DNA of 64,000 bases from assembly GCA_934140155.1 (NCBI GenBank), contig CAKPBC010000001.1, forward strand, positions 32,981 through 96,980, read 5' to 3'. This document shows positions 22,878 through 33,409 of the stretch, one piece after another; position 1 is the stretch's first letter, and each line of letters begins with the position of its first letter. The notes beneath the pieces were generated by a model that worked only from the letters and a program-made list of their open reading frames with translations, did not search any database and was not told where the DNA came from. The DNA is from an uncultured Bacilli bacterium (GTDB lineage Bacteria; Bacillota_I; Bacilli_A; RFN20; CAG-826). The position numbers and the translations under genes were made by a program.

Positions 22878-23603
22878 TTAAGAAGGAAACCTGTTGTTAA
22901 AAATTTGTGCTAAGTACACCGCGGTTGCGACTGAAGCATTTAAAGAATTAACATGACCGACCATAGGTATTTTAGTAATAAAATCACTATTTTGTAATAC
23001 TAGTCTTGAAATTCCTTCGCCTTCACTGCCTATCACTAATGCGATTGGTGAACGATAATCGACTTGACGATAATCTTCTTTAGCAGATCCGTCGGATGCA
23101 ACAATCCAATAACCTTGTTTTTTCAGAGTAGTAATAGTTTGTACCAAGTTAGTAACCTGACATATAGGTACATAATCAATAGCGCCAGTTGAGACTTTAG
23201 CTACCGTGCTATTAACTTGTACTTGTCCATTTTTTTTAATAATTATTCCATTTGCCCCATATGCATCAGCGCATCTTAATATTGCGCCTAAATTATGAGG
23301 GTCTTTTACGCCGTCAAGAATAATTAATAATGGATATTTTGATTTACTTGCTTTAGCAATTAAATCATTCAAAGAGCAATATTGATACTCTTCTACTTCC
23401 GCTACTACACCTTGATGATTCCCAAATTGGGAAAGTTTATCAAGGTCGTTTTTACTAACAAATTTAACACCAAATGAATTACTATTACTTATTAATTCAT
23501 TTATTGGTTTAAAATTAAAGTTATCAGTAATATAAATGGTTTTAACTTTATTCTCCTTAAGGGCACTAAGCACCGTGTTCCTTCCGTATATTAATTGTGC
23601 CAT
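22878..23603 (-). CDS. rlmB: TrmH-family (SpoU) 23S rRNA 2'-O-ribose methyltransferase, RlmB/YacO-like
   Basis: 241 aa with SpoU motifs (GNHQGV, DGVKDPHNLGAILR, LVIGSEGEGIS); synteny with sigH. Confidence 0.75.
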   Translation of the reverse strand: MAQLIYGRNTVLSALKENKVKTIYITDNFNFKPINELISNSNSFGVKFVSKNDLDKLSQFGNHQGVVAEVEEYQYCSLNDLIAKASKSKYPLLIILDGVKDPHNLGAILRCADAYGANGIIIKKNGQVQVNSTVAKVSTGAIDYVPICQVTNLVQTITTLKKQGYWIVASDGSAKEDYRQVDYRSPIALVIGSEGEGISRLVLQNSDFITKIPMVGHVNSLNASVATAVYLAQIFNNRFPS

Positions 23604-23643
23604 ATTTAAACTCCTTTTTGTCTCAAATTTGTCTCAATTTCGC

Positions 23644-24396
23644 TTAATATTTGATTTCAAAAGGTTTAAGAGCTATTCTAAGCTCTTCCCCGAATTGATC
23701 TACAGTTTCACGTTTAACATCGATTAACGAAATGCTAATGCTAATAGCATCTTTCCCATGATAATCACAAATTTGTGTATTAATGTTTTTAATAGCTATA
23801 TTAAATTTATCCGCTAAATCCTTAATGGTTTTAATAGCAAAAGCATTATAATCGCAAATCATAACTAAACGAGGTGTTCTTTCAAACGCCTTTGCTTCTG
23901 CATGCCTTAAAAATTTTAAGACAATTAAAACAATTAAGGTGGTGAATAACGCAACAGTGAATCTTCCTGCACCTGTAGCAAGACCAATAGCCATACAAAC
24001 CCAAAGTGTTGTTGCGGTAGTTAATCCCTTAATATCAACACCTGTTTTCAATATTGTTCCAGCGCCTAAAAAACCAATGCCAGTAACAACTTGAGCTGCT
24101 AATCTTGCTGGATCATGATTAGGAAATGATTCAAAACTAAATCCATAAATGGATACATACATAATTAATGACGAACCTGCCGCCACTAAAATGTGTGTTC
24201 TAAATCCTGCAAAATGTCCATGCGATTCACGTTCATAGCCGATTAATCCACTAAACACACAAGCAAGGAAAATGCTAATAAAAGCAAGTAATAAATTTCC
24301 CCACCATGCATATTGATTAAAAAAACCGATTATTTTATCGTCCAAACTGAAAATATTCGGTGGCACTACATCAAAAAAGTATGAAAAAATATTCAT
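23644..24396 (-). CDS. MgtC/SapB family membrane protein
   Basis: 250 aa with an N-terminal MgtC-type hydrophobic domain (GLIGYERESHGHFAGFRTHILVAAGSSLIM) plus a C-terminal soluble domain. Confidence 0.6.
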   Translation of the reverse strand: MNIFSYFFDVVPPNIFSLDDKIIGFFNQYAWWGNLLLAFISIFLACVFSGLIGYERESHGHFAGFRTHILVAAGSSLIMYVSIYGFSFESFPNHDPARLAAQVVTGIGFLGAGTILKTGVDIKGLTTATTLWVCMAIGLATGAGRFTVALFTTLIVLIVLKFLRHAEAKAFERTPRLVMICDYNAFAIKTIKDLADKFNIAIKNINTQICDYHGKDAISISISLIDVKRETVDQFGEELRIALKPFEIKY

Positions 24397-24405
24397 AAGC
24401 CCTCC

Positions 24406-25743
24406 TTATAATATCCTTTTATCTATCAATTGTTTTCGTAGTTCATCACTTTTAGCAAAATCTTTGTTTGTTTTGGCTAAGTTATATTCACTTAAAAGTT
24501 TCTTATCATCACTAGATAAAATAGGATATTCAATATTAATACCTAATATATAAAGCTCATCTTTAATTGTGGAAAATAAATCATTAATTTCTGACAAATC
24601 CACATCTTTTTTTCTTAATGCTTGATTAGCTAATTTAATAACATTATGTAATTCACTTAAGGCATTAGAGGTGTTTAAATCATCCGCTAAAGCGTTTAAG
24701 AATGGCTCAATAAATCTTGATTTACCATTAGCAAAAGACACGTCAAATTCTTGTAATTTAACTGCTAATTGACGCATAATATTAGTCATTTTTGTAATTT
24801 CATTATTACCTGCTACTAACAAGTCATAAGAAAAATTAACTGGTGCACGATAATGAGTGGAAATCAAAAGCAATCTAACATTATTGCCGCCATATTGGCT
24901 TAATGCATCGTGAGCGGTAATAACATTTCCTAGCGATTTAGACATTTTTTCATTATTAATATTAATAAATCCATTATGCATCCAATAATTAGCTAAGGAA
25001 CAGTTATTATATGCTTCTGATTGTGCAATTTCGTTTTCATGGTGTGGAAACTTTAAATCAAAACCTCCACCATGAACATCTATAAGTCCACCAGGGAATA
25101 TCGAATTAATCATCACAACACATTCTGTGTGCCAACCCGGTCTTCCTTTTGACCAAGGTGAATCCCAATTGATACCTACTTCTGTTTTCTTCCATAAAGT
25201 AAAGTCTAATGGCGATTCTTTTTTAGAATTTTCATCAATTCTAGCACCAACTAATAAATCTTCAATTTTTGTGTTGGATAATTTGCCATAATCTTTAATT
25301 TTTTCTACACGGAAATATACATCGCCATCAATAACATATGCATAATCAGTCTTTACAAGTTTGTCAATGAACGCAATTATTTGCGACATATACTCAGTAA
25401 CTCTTGGAGTTACATCTGGCTTTAAAGCATTAATATTATGCAAGTCATCTTCGAAAGCTTTAATGTAAAATTCAGTGATTTCTGATTCTGGCTTGTTTAA
25501 TTCTTGGGCACGTTTAATTATTTTATCATCTACATCTGTGTAATTACTAACATACTTGACGTCATAACCAATATAAGTAAGAAATTTTCTAAATGTATCA
25601 AATACCACTACTGGGCGCATATTGCCTATATGTACATAATTATAAACAGTTGGTCCGCAAACATACATATTAACTTTGTTTTCGTGTATTGGTTTAAATG
25701 CTTCAATTTTGTTAGTTAAAGAATTATAGATTTTAACTTCCAT
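24406..25743 (-). CDS. cysS: Cysteine--tRNA ligase
   Basis: 445 aa with HIGN (HIGH) motif, KMSKS motif and Zn-binding Cys; no T-box in the short leader. Confidence 0.93.
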   Translation of the reverse strand: MEVKIYNSLTNKIEAFKPIHENKVNMYVCGPTVYNYVHIGNMRPVVVFDTFRKFLTYIGYDVKYVSNYTDVDDKIIKRAQELNKPESEITEFYIKAFEDDLHNINALKPDVTPRVTEYMSQIIAFIDKLVKTDYAYVIDGDVYFRVEKIKDYGKLSNTKIEDLLVGARIDENSKKESPLDFTLWKKTEVGINWDSPWSKGRPGWHTECVVMINSIFPGGLIDVHGGGFDLKFPHHENEIAQSEAYNNCSLANYWMHNGFININNEKMSKSLGNVITAHDALSQYGGNNVRLLLISTHYRAPVNFSYDLLVAGNNEITKMTNIMRQLAVKLQEFDVSFANGKSRFIEPFLNALADDLNTSNALSELHNVIKLANQALRKKDVDLSEINDLFSTIKDELYILGINIEYPILSSDDKKLLSEYNLAKTNKDFAKSDELRKQLIDKRIL

Positions 25744-25850
25744 AAAATAATCCCCGCCTTAATAAATATTATAGCATTATCTTTTGTTAATAAAAAGTAT
25801 TTTGCTTCAAACTCATTAATTTTCAAATAATATATATTATTTGGTTTAAA

Positions 25851-25885
25851 AAATGGTGCCATTTTTGGCACCATTTCCACTTAAA
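25851..25885 (-). terminator. Rho-independent terminator after the hydrogenase operon
   Basis: Minus strand reads aatggtgcc-aaaa-atggcacca (9-bp stem) followed by tttttt, then the cysS promoter (TATAAT). Confidence 0.75.
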
Positions 25886-25895
25886 TTAAAATAAT

Positions 25896-27668
25896 TTATT
25901 TTTCAGGATAACGCTCTCTTGCGTGATATGAAGTATGTAACAATTCATGGGCTTTATGACTATTTGGTTCACCTAAATAATCTTTATAAAGTTGTTGAAT
26001 TTGAGTATTACGATGAGATTGTCTTAATACTTGCTTTTCATCTTCAGAATATAGCACTTTAGCGCGTTTTTCTTTATATGTATCTAATATATTATCATCT
26101 TCATTTGGTAAGAAGCATGGCTTAACAAATGGTTGTCCTCCACCATTAATACATCCGCCTGGACATCCCATAATTTCAATAAATGTATATGGTGATTTAC
26201 CAGCACGAATATCATCTAATAATGGTTTCGCATTTTTCATGCCATGAGCAACAGCGACTTTAATTTTTGTTCCATTTAAATCAATTTCTGCTTCTTTTAA
26301 GCCATCAAAGCCACGAACTTCTTTAAATGTAATTAATTCATGTTCTTTACCAGTAACTATGAAATATGCTGTTCTTAAAGCTGCTTCCATAACGCCGCCT
26401 GTTACACCAAATATAACACCAGCGCCAGTATATTCGCCTAATAAATCTTGATCAAATTCTTCATCAGGTAATCTTCTAAAATCAATACCAGATCTTTTAA
26501 TTAATCTTGCTAATTCACGTGTAGTTAAGACACAGTCTACATCTTTTAAGCCATCTTTAGAAGCATTTTCCGGACGTTCTTTTTCATATTTTTTAGCTGT
26601 ACAAGGCATAATTGATACAACAAAGATATTTTTTGGATCTAAGCCTTTTTTCTCGGCAAAATAAGATTTAATTATTGCACCTTCCATTTCATGAGGTGAT
26701 TTACAACTTGACAAATGTCCTAATAAATCACCATAGAAATATTCTGCATAATTAACCCAACCTGGTGAACATGAGGTAATCATTGGAAGTTGTCCGCCTT
26801 CTTTAATACGATGTAATAATTCAGTAGCTTCTTCCATAATTGTTAAATCCGCCGCAAAGTTTGTATCATAAACTTTATCAAAACCCAAACGTTTTAAAGC
26901 CGCGACCATTTTGCCAGTAACAGAAGTTCCAATTGGCATACCAAATTCTTCACCTAAAGCAGCACGTACTGCTGGAGCGGTTTGTACAACAATATATTTG
27001 CCTTCTTTTTTAGCTTGGTCAATTTTATCGATTTCGCTTTTTTCCATTAATGCACCAGTAGGACAAACGTTAACACATTGTCCACATAAAATACATGGTG
27101 AGTTTTTCATTGAACGATTATAAGCAGGCGCTACAATAGTTCTAAAGCCGCGATTTTCAAAGCCTAAAATACCAATTCCTTGTGCATTTTTACATCTTTC
27201 CACACATCTTCCACATAATACACATTTTGATGTATCACGAATGATAGATGGAGTTAATTCATCAATAGTAACTGGGGTTTTACTTCCTTCATACATGTTG
27301 TCTCTAGCACCAGTAATTTTAGCAACATTTAATAATTCACAATATTCATTTTTAGTGCATTGTTGGCAGTTCTTCGAGTGATTAGATAATAGCAATTCCA
27401 CACTAGTTCTACGCGCACTAACGGCTTTTGGAGAAGAAATAATAATCTCCATTCCGTCATTAACTGGATATACACAAGACGCTACTAAACCTCTTGCACC
27501 TTTAACCTCTACTAAACAAACTCGACATGAGCCTCTAGAGCATTCACCATGATTAAAAGCACATAAAGTAGGAATTGTATATCCACATTTTTTTGCAGCT
27601 TCTAAAATAGTTAAACCAGCATCAACTTGATAAGAGTGACCTTCAATTTTAATATTTACTTTTTCCAT
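25896..27668 (-). CDS. hydA: [FeFe]-hydrogenase catalytic subunit (HydA/HndD type, M3-like domain architecture)
   Basis: N-terminal [2Fe-2S] and [4Fe-4S] domains. H-cluster motifs L2 MPCTAKKYE and L3 EIMGCPGGCINGGGQP. L1 is TSCSPGW, a variant of TSCCPxW. Start placed at MEKVNIK after the hydB stop; the track starts at a GTG at 27680. Confidence 0.85.
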   Translation of the reverse strand: MEKVNIKIEGHSYQVDAGLTILEAAKKCGYTIPTLCAFNHGECSRGSCRVCLVEVKGARGLVASCVYPVNDGMEIIISSPKAVSARRTSVELLLSNHSKNCQQCTKNEYCELLNVAKITGARDNMYEGSKTPVTIDELTPSIIRDTSKCVLCGRCVERCKNAQGIGILGFENRGFRTIVAPAYNRSMKNSPCILCGQCVNVCPTGALMEKSEIDKIDQAKKEGKYIVVQTAPAVRAALGEEFGMPIGTSVTGKMVAALKRLGFDKVYDTNFAADLTIMEEATELLHRIKEGGQLPMITSCSPGWVNYAEYFYGDLLGHLSSCKSPHEMEGAIIKSYFAEKKGLDPKNIFVVSIMPCTAKKYEKERPENASKDGLKDVDCVLTTRELARLIKRSGIDFRRLPDEEFDQDLLGEYTGAGVIFGVTGGVMEAALRTAYFIVTGKEHELITFKEVRGFDGLKEAEIDLNGTKIKVAVAHGMKNAKPLLDDIRAGKSPYTFIEIMGCPGGCINGGGQPFVKPCFLPNEDDNILDTYKEKRAKVLYSEDEKQVLRQSHRNTQIQQLYKDYLGEPNSHKAHELLHTSYHARERYPEK

Positions 27669-27679
27669 CTTTTTCACCA

Positions 27680-29545
27680 CTATTTCTTAATAATTGCTTT
27701 AAATGGACATGCACTTATACACATACCACATTTAATACATTTAGCGGAATCAATGACATATGGAGTCTTACCAATTTCACCATGAATAGCATTAACTGGA
27801 CATCCACGTGCACATTTACTACATTTCTTACAAACTTCTGGTTGAATGTAGTATTCCATAAGTTTTTTACATACTTTTGCTGGACATTTTTTATCCACTA
27901 CGTGAGCAATATATTCGTCTTTAAAATGACTCATTGTCGAAATAATTGGATTCGCGGCAGTTTGTCCTAAAGCACATAATGAGCCAGCTTGTGTCGCTCT
28001 TCCTAATTCTTCTAAGCGATTAATATCTTCGAGTGTTCCTTGGCCATTAGTAATCTTAGTTAAAATTTCTAACATTCTTTTTGTACCAATACGACATGGA
28101 GAACATTTACCACATGATTCGTCACAAATAAACTCCATATAGAATTTAGCTACGTCAACCATACAATTATCCTCATCCATGACAATTGCGCCTCCAGAGC
28201 CCATCATTGAGCCAAGAGCGACTAAATTATCAAAATCAATTGGAGTATCTAAATATTCACTAGTTAAACATCCTCCTGATGGGCCACCGGTTTGAATAGC
28301 TTTGAATTTTTTATCATTTGGGATACCGCCACCAATATCATAAATTAATTCACGAAGTGTGGTTCCCATTGGAATTTCTACTAATCCAACATTATTAATT
28401 TTTCCACCTAAGGCAAATACTTTTGTACCTTTAGACTTTTCTGTGCCATACTTAGTAAATTCTTTAACGCCTTCACGAATAATATAAGGAACACAAGCTA
28501 AAGTTTCAACGTTATTAACAATAGTTGGTTTATCCCATAATCCTTTTACAGCTGGGAAAGGAGGACGAGGGCGTGGCATTCCACGTTGTCCTTGAATTGA
28601 GTTTAATAAGGCCGTTTCTTCACCACAAACGAAGGCACCAGCTCCTAATCTTAAATGAACTCTAAATGAGAAGTTTGTTCCTAAAATATTATCGCCGAGT
28701 AATCCTAATTCTTCCGCTTCTTTAATAGCAACAGTCAAACGATGTACAGCGATTGGATATTCAGCACGAACATAGAAATAGCCATTCTTTGCTCCAATTG
28801 CGTAGCCCGCAATCATCATACCTTCAATAACCGCTAATGGATTACCTTCTAAGATTGAACGATCCATAAAGGCACCTGGGTCGCCTTCATCACCATTACA
28901 TACAACATACTTTTCTTCGCTATCTTGGTTATAGGCAAATTGCCATTTTCTTCCTGTTGGGAATCCGCCACCACCACGACCGCGTAATCCAGAAGCAAGT
29001 ATTTCATTAATTACTTCTTGTCTATCCATTTTTAAAGCACGAGCTAAGCCTTGGAAAGCGCCATAGCCTAATCCTTCATTAATATCTTCTGGATTAATAA
29101 CGCCACAACCATGTAAAGCAATTCGTACTTGTTTTTTATAGAAATTCAAGTCATCTTGTTTAGCAACTTTTTGATGGGTATGTGGATCAGTAATTAATAA
29201 ACGATCGATTACTTCTTTACCCATGATATCTTTTTCAATAATTTCTTCACAGTCTTCTACTTTAACCATATGATATAAAGTATCTTCTGGGAAAATTTTA
29301 ACAAATGGTCCTTGAGAACAGAAGCCAAAACAACCAACTTGGTTAACCGTTACTTTATCTTCTAAATTATGTTCTTTAATTAATTCTTCTAATCGATTTT
29401 TAATTTCATCAGAGTGTGAAGATAAACAGCCCGTGCCACCACAAACCACAATAGCGCGTTTTCCATTTTCTCCACTAAATTTAATATCTAAGCAGTGAGT
29501 GCATTTAGCAATTTTATCTTTTAATTCTTGCTCTGTTTTAATCAT
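27680..29545 (-). CDS. hydB: NuoF-like NAD(P)H-binding flavoprotein subunit of a bifurcating-type hydrogenase (HydB/HndC)
   Basis: 621 aa with N-terminal thioredoxin-like [2Fe-2S], FMN/NADH motif GGGGFPTGRKW, and C-terminal 2x[4Fe-4S] ferredoxin motifs. Start overlaps the hydC stop (TAATG). Confidence 0.85.
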   Translation of the reverse strand: MIKTEQELKDKIAKCTHCLDIKFSGENGKRAIVVCGGTGCLSSHSDEIKNRLEELIKEHNLEDKVTVNQVGCFGFCSQGPFVKIFPEDTLYHMVKVEDCEEIIEKDIMGKEVIDRLLITDPHTHQKVAKQDDLNFYKKQVRIALHGCGVINPEDINEGLGYGAFQGLARALKMDRQEVINEILASGLRGRGGGGFPTGRKWQFAYNQDSEEKYVVCNGDEGDPGAFMDRSILEGNPLAVIEGMMIAGYAIGAKNGYFYVRAEYPIAVHRLTVAIKEAEELGLLGDNILGTNFSFRVHLRLGAGAFVCGEETALLNSIQGQRGMPRPRPPFPAVKGLWDKPTIVNNVETLACVPYIIREGVKEFTKYGTEKSKGTKVFALGGKINNVGLVEIPMGTTLRELIYDIGGGIPNDKKFKAIQTGGPSGGCLTSEYLDTPIDFDNLVALGSMMGSGGAIVMDEDNCMVDVAKFYMEFICDESCGKCSPCRIGTKRMLEILTKITNGQGTLEDINRLEELGRATQAGSLCALGQTAANPIISTMSHFKDEYIAHVVDKKCPAKVCKKLMEYYIQPEVCKKCSKCARGCPVNAIHGEIGKTPYVIDSAKCIKCGMCISACPFKAIIKK

Positions 29546-30033
29546 TATGCTTCTCCTCCTAACTTACGATATTCATTGATTACTTGTTGTACTTGATTAA
29601 CTGACATCTTAGGATATACTTTTCCATTAATGCTTACTGCTGGGGCAATACCACATGCTCCAATGCAACGTAAGGCATCAATAGTAAATAATCCATCTTC
29701 CGTTGTTTCTCCAGGTTTAATACCTAAAAGTTCGGAAAACTTGTCACATATTTGTTGTGCACCTTTAACGTAACATGCAGTTCCTAAACAAACTCCAATA
29801 ACAAATTTGCCTTTAGGTTTCAAAGAAAAAAATGAGTAAAAAGTAACTACACCATATATTTCTGAAACAGGTATACCTAATTTTTCAGATACGATTTCTT
29901 GAACTTCAAAAGGAATATAGCCATATTCTTTTTGAACCTGGCTCAAGATCATCATTAATGGTGTATTTTCGTTCTTATACTCAGCGATGATTTCTTCAAC
30001 CCTTTTGCAAGCGGCTGAACTCAATTTTGCCAT
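29545..30033 (-). CDS. hydC: NuoE-like [2Fe-2S] subunit (HydC/HndA)
   Basis: 162 aa with Cys motifs CLGTAC...CIGACGIAP; first gene of the hyd operon. Confidence 0.8.
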   Translation of the reverse strand: MAKLSSAACKRVEEIIAEYKNENTPLMMILSQVQKEYGYIPFEVQEIVSEKLGIPVSEIYGVVTFYSFFSLKPKGKFVIGVCLGTACYVKGAQQICDKFSELLGIKPGETTEDGLFTIDALRCIGACGIAPAVSINGKVYPKMSVNQVQQVINEYRKLGGEA

Positions 30034-30260
30034 ATTTTAAAAAATCCTCCTAGTAATAAGACATTTATATAAAATCTATATAAATACTATAAAATACTTT
30101 TTTAGTATAACATAAAAATATTGCATTTTGTAAATATTATTGCATATTTTGATAATTTTTTAATTTTTGCATATTTATAGCATTGTAAGTGCTTTAATTA
30201 ATAAAAAAAAGCACTTATTCTCTAGTAAAGAAAAGCGCTAATTCTTGAGCATTATTTCAA

Positions 30261-30713
30261 TTAATTTAATATAGCAATACTTATATTTAAAAATGTTGCA
30301 AAAGACAACCAAATAACATATGGAATCCATAAATACGCTAAGTTCTTATTGGTTTTAAATAAATAAATTAGCATATAAATGCATAATCCTAATAATATTA
30401 CAATATCTATTGCGCTCACCAATGATAAATGTAAACCAAAAAATAAAGGAGTCCATAAGACATTAAATAATAATTGAATATAAAATATTTTACTTCCTTT
30501 AACATCCGTTAGTTCATCTAATTTATAACTAACATATCCAATCATTAAATATAATATTGACCAAATAATCGGAAATAAAATCGATGGCACACGAACTAAA
30601 CTATTCAAATTACTATAATAAGAAGAAAAATCCCCTAAAAGCATAGAAATAACAAAATTTACTAATAATGGAAAAAGCAAATTAAAAACTAAATCAATAT
30701 TTATTTTTTTCAT
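30261..30713 (-). CDS. TspO/MBR (tryptophan-rich sensory protein) family membrane protein
   Basis: 150 aa with about 5 TM helices and conserved TspO blocks (NVLWTPLFF; WIPYVIWLSFATFLN). Confidence 0.55.
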   Translation of the reverse strand: MKKINIDLVFNLLFPLLVNFVISMLLGDFSSYYSNLNSLVRVPSILFPIIWSILYLMIGYVSYKLDELTDVKGSKIFYIQLLFNVLWTPLFFGLHLSLVSAIDIVILLGLCIYMLIYLFKTNKNLAYLWIPYVIWLSFATFLNISIAILN

Positions 30714-30740
30714 ATTATATCCCTAAATAAATATATGATG

Positions 30741-30775
30741 TAAGGTAAAAGAAAAGACTAACCAACTGGTTAGTC
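30741..30775 (-). terminator. Rho-independent terminator after rplQ (end of alpha operon)
   Basis: Minus strand reads agactaacc-agtt-ggttagtct (9-bp stem) followed by a U-rich tract. Confidence 0.7.
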
Positions 30776-30792
30776 TAAAAAATTATTAAAAA

Positions 30793-31200
30793 CTATTTTA
30801 CAAATTCAACAATAGCCATTTCAGCATTGTCACCACGACGTGGAACAAGCTTCAATACTCTTGTATATCCACCATTACGATCTTTATAACGTGGACCAAT
30901 TTCATTAAATAACTTGTCTAAAGCAGTTACTTTCTTTTCTGCATCACAATAAACCTCGGAGCGAACAACTGCAGCAGCTAAACGACGATTGTGTAAATCG
31001 CCAACTTTAGCCTTGCTAACTAATTTTTCTGCTAAATTTTTAACATCTTTAGCACAGCCAGCAGTAACAGTAACACGTTCATGAACGATTAATTCTGATA
31101 CAACGTTTCTTAACATTGCTTTATATTTGCTTGAAGTATAGGCAGCTTTAAAGCGAACGCCACCTTTACCATGTACATTCTTACGTCCTTGTGTAGCCAT
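30793..31200 (-). CDS. rplQ: 50S ribosomal protein L17
   Basis: 135 aa, conserved L17. Confidence 0.93.
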   Translation of the reverse strand: MATQGRKNVHGKGGVRFKAAYTSSKYKAMLRNVVSELIVHERVTVTAGCAKDVKNLAEKLVSKAKVGDLHNRRLAAAVVRSEVYCDAEKKVTALDKLFNEIGPRYKDRNGGYTRVLKLVPRRGDNAEMAIVEFVK

Positions 31201-31212
31201 TTAAACTTCCTC

Positions 31213-32205
31213 CTAATCAATGTAATCCTTGAAGCCTAAACCAATACCAAGAAGTTTTTCTTTAACTTCTTTAAGTGATTTCTTACCAAGGTTACGTACT
31301 TTCATCATATCTTCTTCTGTCTTTTGAGTTAATTCTAAGACAGTTGCAATACCTGCTCTCTTTAAGCAGTTATATGAACGAACTGATAAATCTAATTCTT
31401 CAATTGTCATATCTTCATATTTGTTAGATGTTTGTTCAACTGGTTCAGCAACAATGTTCATATCGCGAGTAATTTCGTTTAATTTTAAGAATTCTTCGAA
31501 ATGAGCGACTAAGATTTTTGCAGCAAGTGCTACAGCATCTTGTGGAAGCATAGAACCATTTGTCCAAACTTCTAATACTAAGTTTTCATAATTTGCATTA
31601 TGTCCAACACGAGTTGGTTGTACTTCATAATTTACTTTTGTAATTGGTGAATAGTTAGAATCTGTTGCGATTGTACCAATATTCATACCTGTACGAAGTA
31701 ATTTATTACCTTCTGAAGTTACATAACCACGTCCGTTACGAGCATAAAGTGTCATTTTTAATTTTCCACCTTCTGCAACGTGAGCAAGGACTAAATCAGG
31801 GTTAATAACTTCGACATCACCTGGAACAACTAAATCAGCGGCAGTAACGACTTTAGGTCCTTCTACTTCTAATTCAATTCTCTTAGTGACTGATTCTTCA
31901 TCGTCAATTTTTAAAACTAAATCTTTTAAGGAAAGGATAATCATTGTAACATCTTCTTCAACACCCTCAAGTGCAGAGAATTCGTGACGAGCTCCTTCAA
32001 CTTCAATAGCAAATACAGAAGCACCTGGTAATGAAGAAAGCATAACTCTTCTTAATGAATTTCCAATTGTTAAAGCATAACCTCTTTCTAATGGTCCAAC
32101 TACGAATTTACCATAGTTAGTGTTACCATCGAATTCAGCAATATCAAATTTAATTTTTGCGAATGGACTTACGATTTTGCTCATATTTTTTTCCTCCCTT
32201 TGCAA
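31213..32205 (-). CDS. rpoA: DNA-directed RNA polymerase subunit alpha
   Basis: 330 aa with NTD GKFVVGPLERGYALTIGNSLRRVMLSSLPGA and CTD; the exact start (M1 vs M8) is uncertain. Confidence 0.93.
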   Translation of the reverse strand: MQREEKNMSKIVSPFAKIKFDIAEFDGNTNYGKFVVGPLERGYALTIGNSLRRVMLSSLPGASVFAIEVEGARHEFSALEGVEEDVTMIILSLKDLVLKIDDEESVTKRIELEVEGPKVVTAADLVVPGDVEVINPDLVLAHVAEGGKLKMTLYARNGRGYVTSEGNKLLRTGMNIGTIATDSNYSPITKVNYEVQPTRVGHNANYENLVLEVWTNGSMLPQDAVALAAKILVAHFEEFLKLNEITRDMNIVAEPVEQTSNKYEDMTIEELDLSVRSYNCLKRAGIATVLELTQKTEEDMMKVRNLGKKSLKEVKEKLLGIGLGFKDYID

Positions 32206-32230
32206 TCGTTAGTAGACTAAATAATATTTA

Positions 32231-32620
32231 TTATCCACGTGGACGCTTTGGTGGGCGGCAACCATTGTGTGGAATAGGTGTAGTATCTGTAATCATTTGG
32301 ATTTGTAATCCAGCTGCTTGTAAACTACGAACTGCAGAATCACGACCAGATCCTGGTCCTTTTACGTTAACATCAACTGTTTTAATACCTTGATCAACAG
32401 CAACTTTAGCACAAGCTTCAGCTGCTAATTGAGCTGCAAATGGTGTAGATTTCTTAGCACCTTTAAATCCTAATGCACCAGCGCTTGACCAAGCAATTGC
32501 GTTACCTGCTTCGTCAGTGATAGTAACAATGGTATTATTAAATGTTGAGTGAATGTGAGCGATACCTTTAGTATAGCTTCTTTTAATTTTTTTCTTCTTA
32601 GAAACTGTGGTTTTAGCCAT
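32231..32620 (-). CDS. rpsK: 30S ribosomal protein S11
   Basis: 129 aa, conserved. Confidence 0.95.
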   Translation of the reverse strand: MAKTTVSKKKKIKRSYTKGIAHIHSTFNNTIVTITDEAGNAIAWSSAGALGFKGAKKSTPFAAQLAAEACAKVAVDQGIKTVDVNVKGPGSGRDSAVRSLQAAGLQIQMITDTTPIPHNGCRPPKRPRG

Positions 32621-32639
32621 TTTTAATTATCCTCACTTT

Positions 32640-33014
32640 CTATTGAACTGCTTGCTTCTTATTCGCAATAGTCTTTTTAGGTCCTTTACGAGTACGAGCA
32701 TTAGTCTTTGTACGTTGTCCACGAACTGGTAAACCTTTACGGTGACGTAAGCCACGGTAACAACCAATTTCGGTTAAACGTTTAATGTTTAAAGCAACTT
32801 CACGACGTAAGTCACCTTCAACTTTGTGTTTTGCAACTTCTGTTCTAATTGCAGTTAATTGATCTTCTGTTAAATTCTTAACACGAATATCTTCATTAAT
32901 GTTTGTTTCTTTTAAAATCTTTTTAGATGTTGTTAAACCAATACCATAAATATAGGTTAAAGCAATAACAACTCTTTTTTCATTTGGAATATCGACTCCA
33001 ACAATACGTGCCAT
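32640..33014 (-). CDS. rpsM: 30S ribosomal protein S13
   Basis: 124 aa [10 protein letters not shown]... Confidence 0.95.
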   Translation of the reverse strand: MARIVGVDIPNEKRVVIALTYIYGIGLTTSKKILKETNINEDIRVKNLTEDQLTAIRTEVAKHKVEGDLRREVALNIKRLTEIGCYRGLRHRKGLPVRGQRTKTNARTRKGPKKTIANKKQAVQ

Positions 33015-33028
33015 ATAGCATGTCCTCC

Positions 33029-33402
<374 letters not shown>

Positions 33403-33409
33403 AGTTAGT

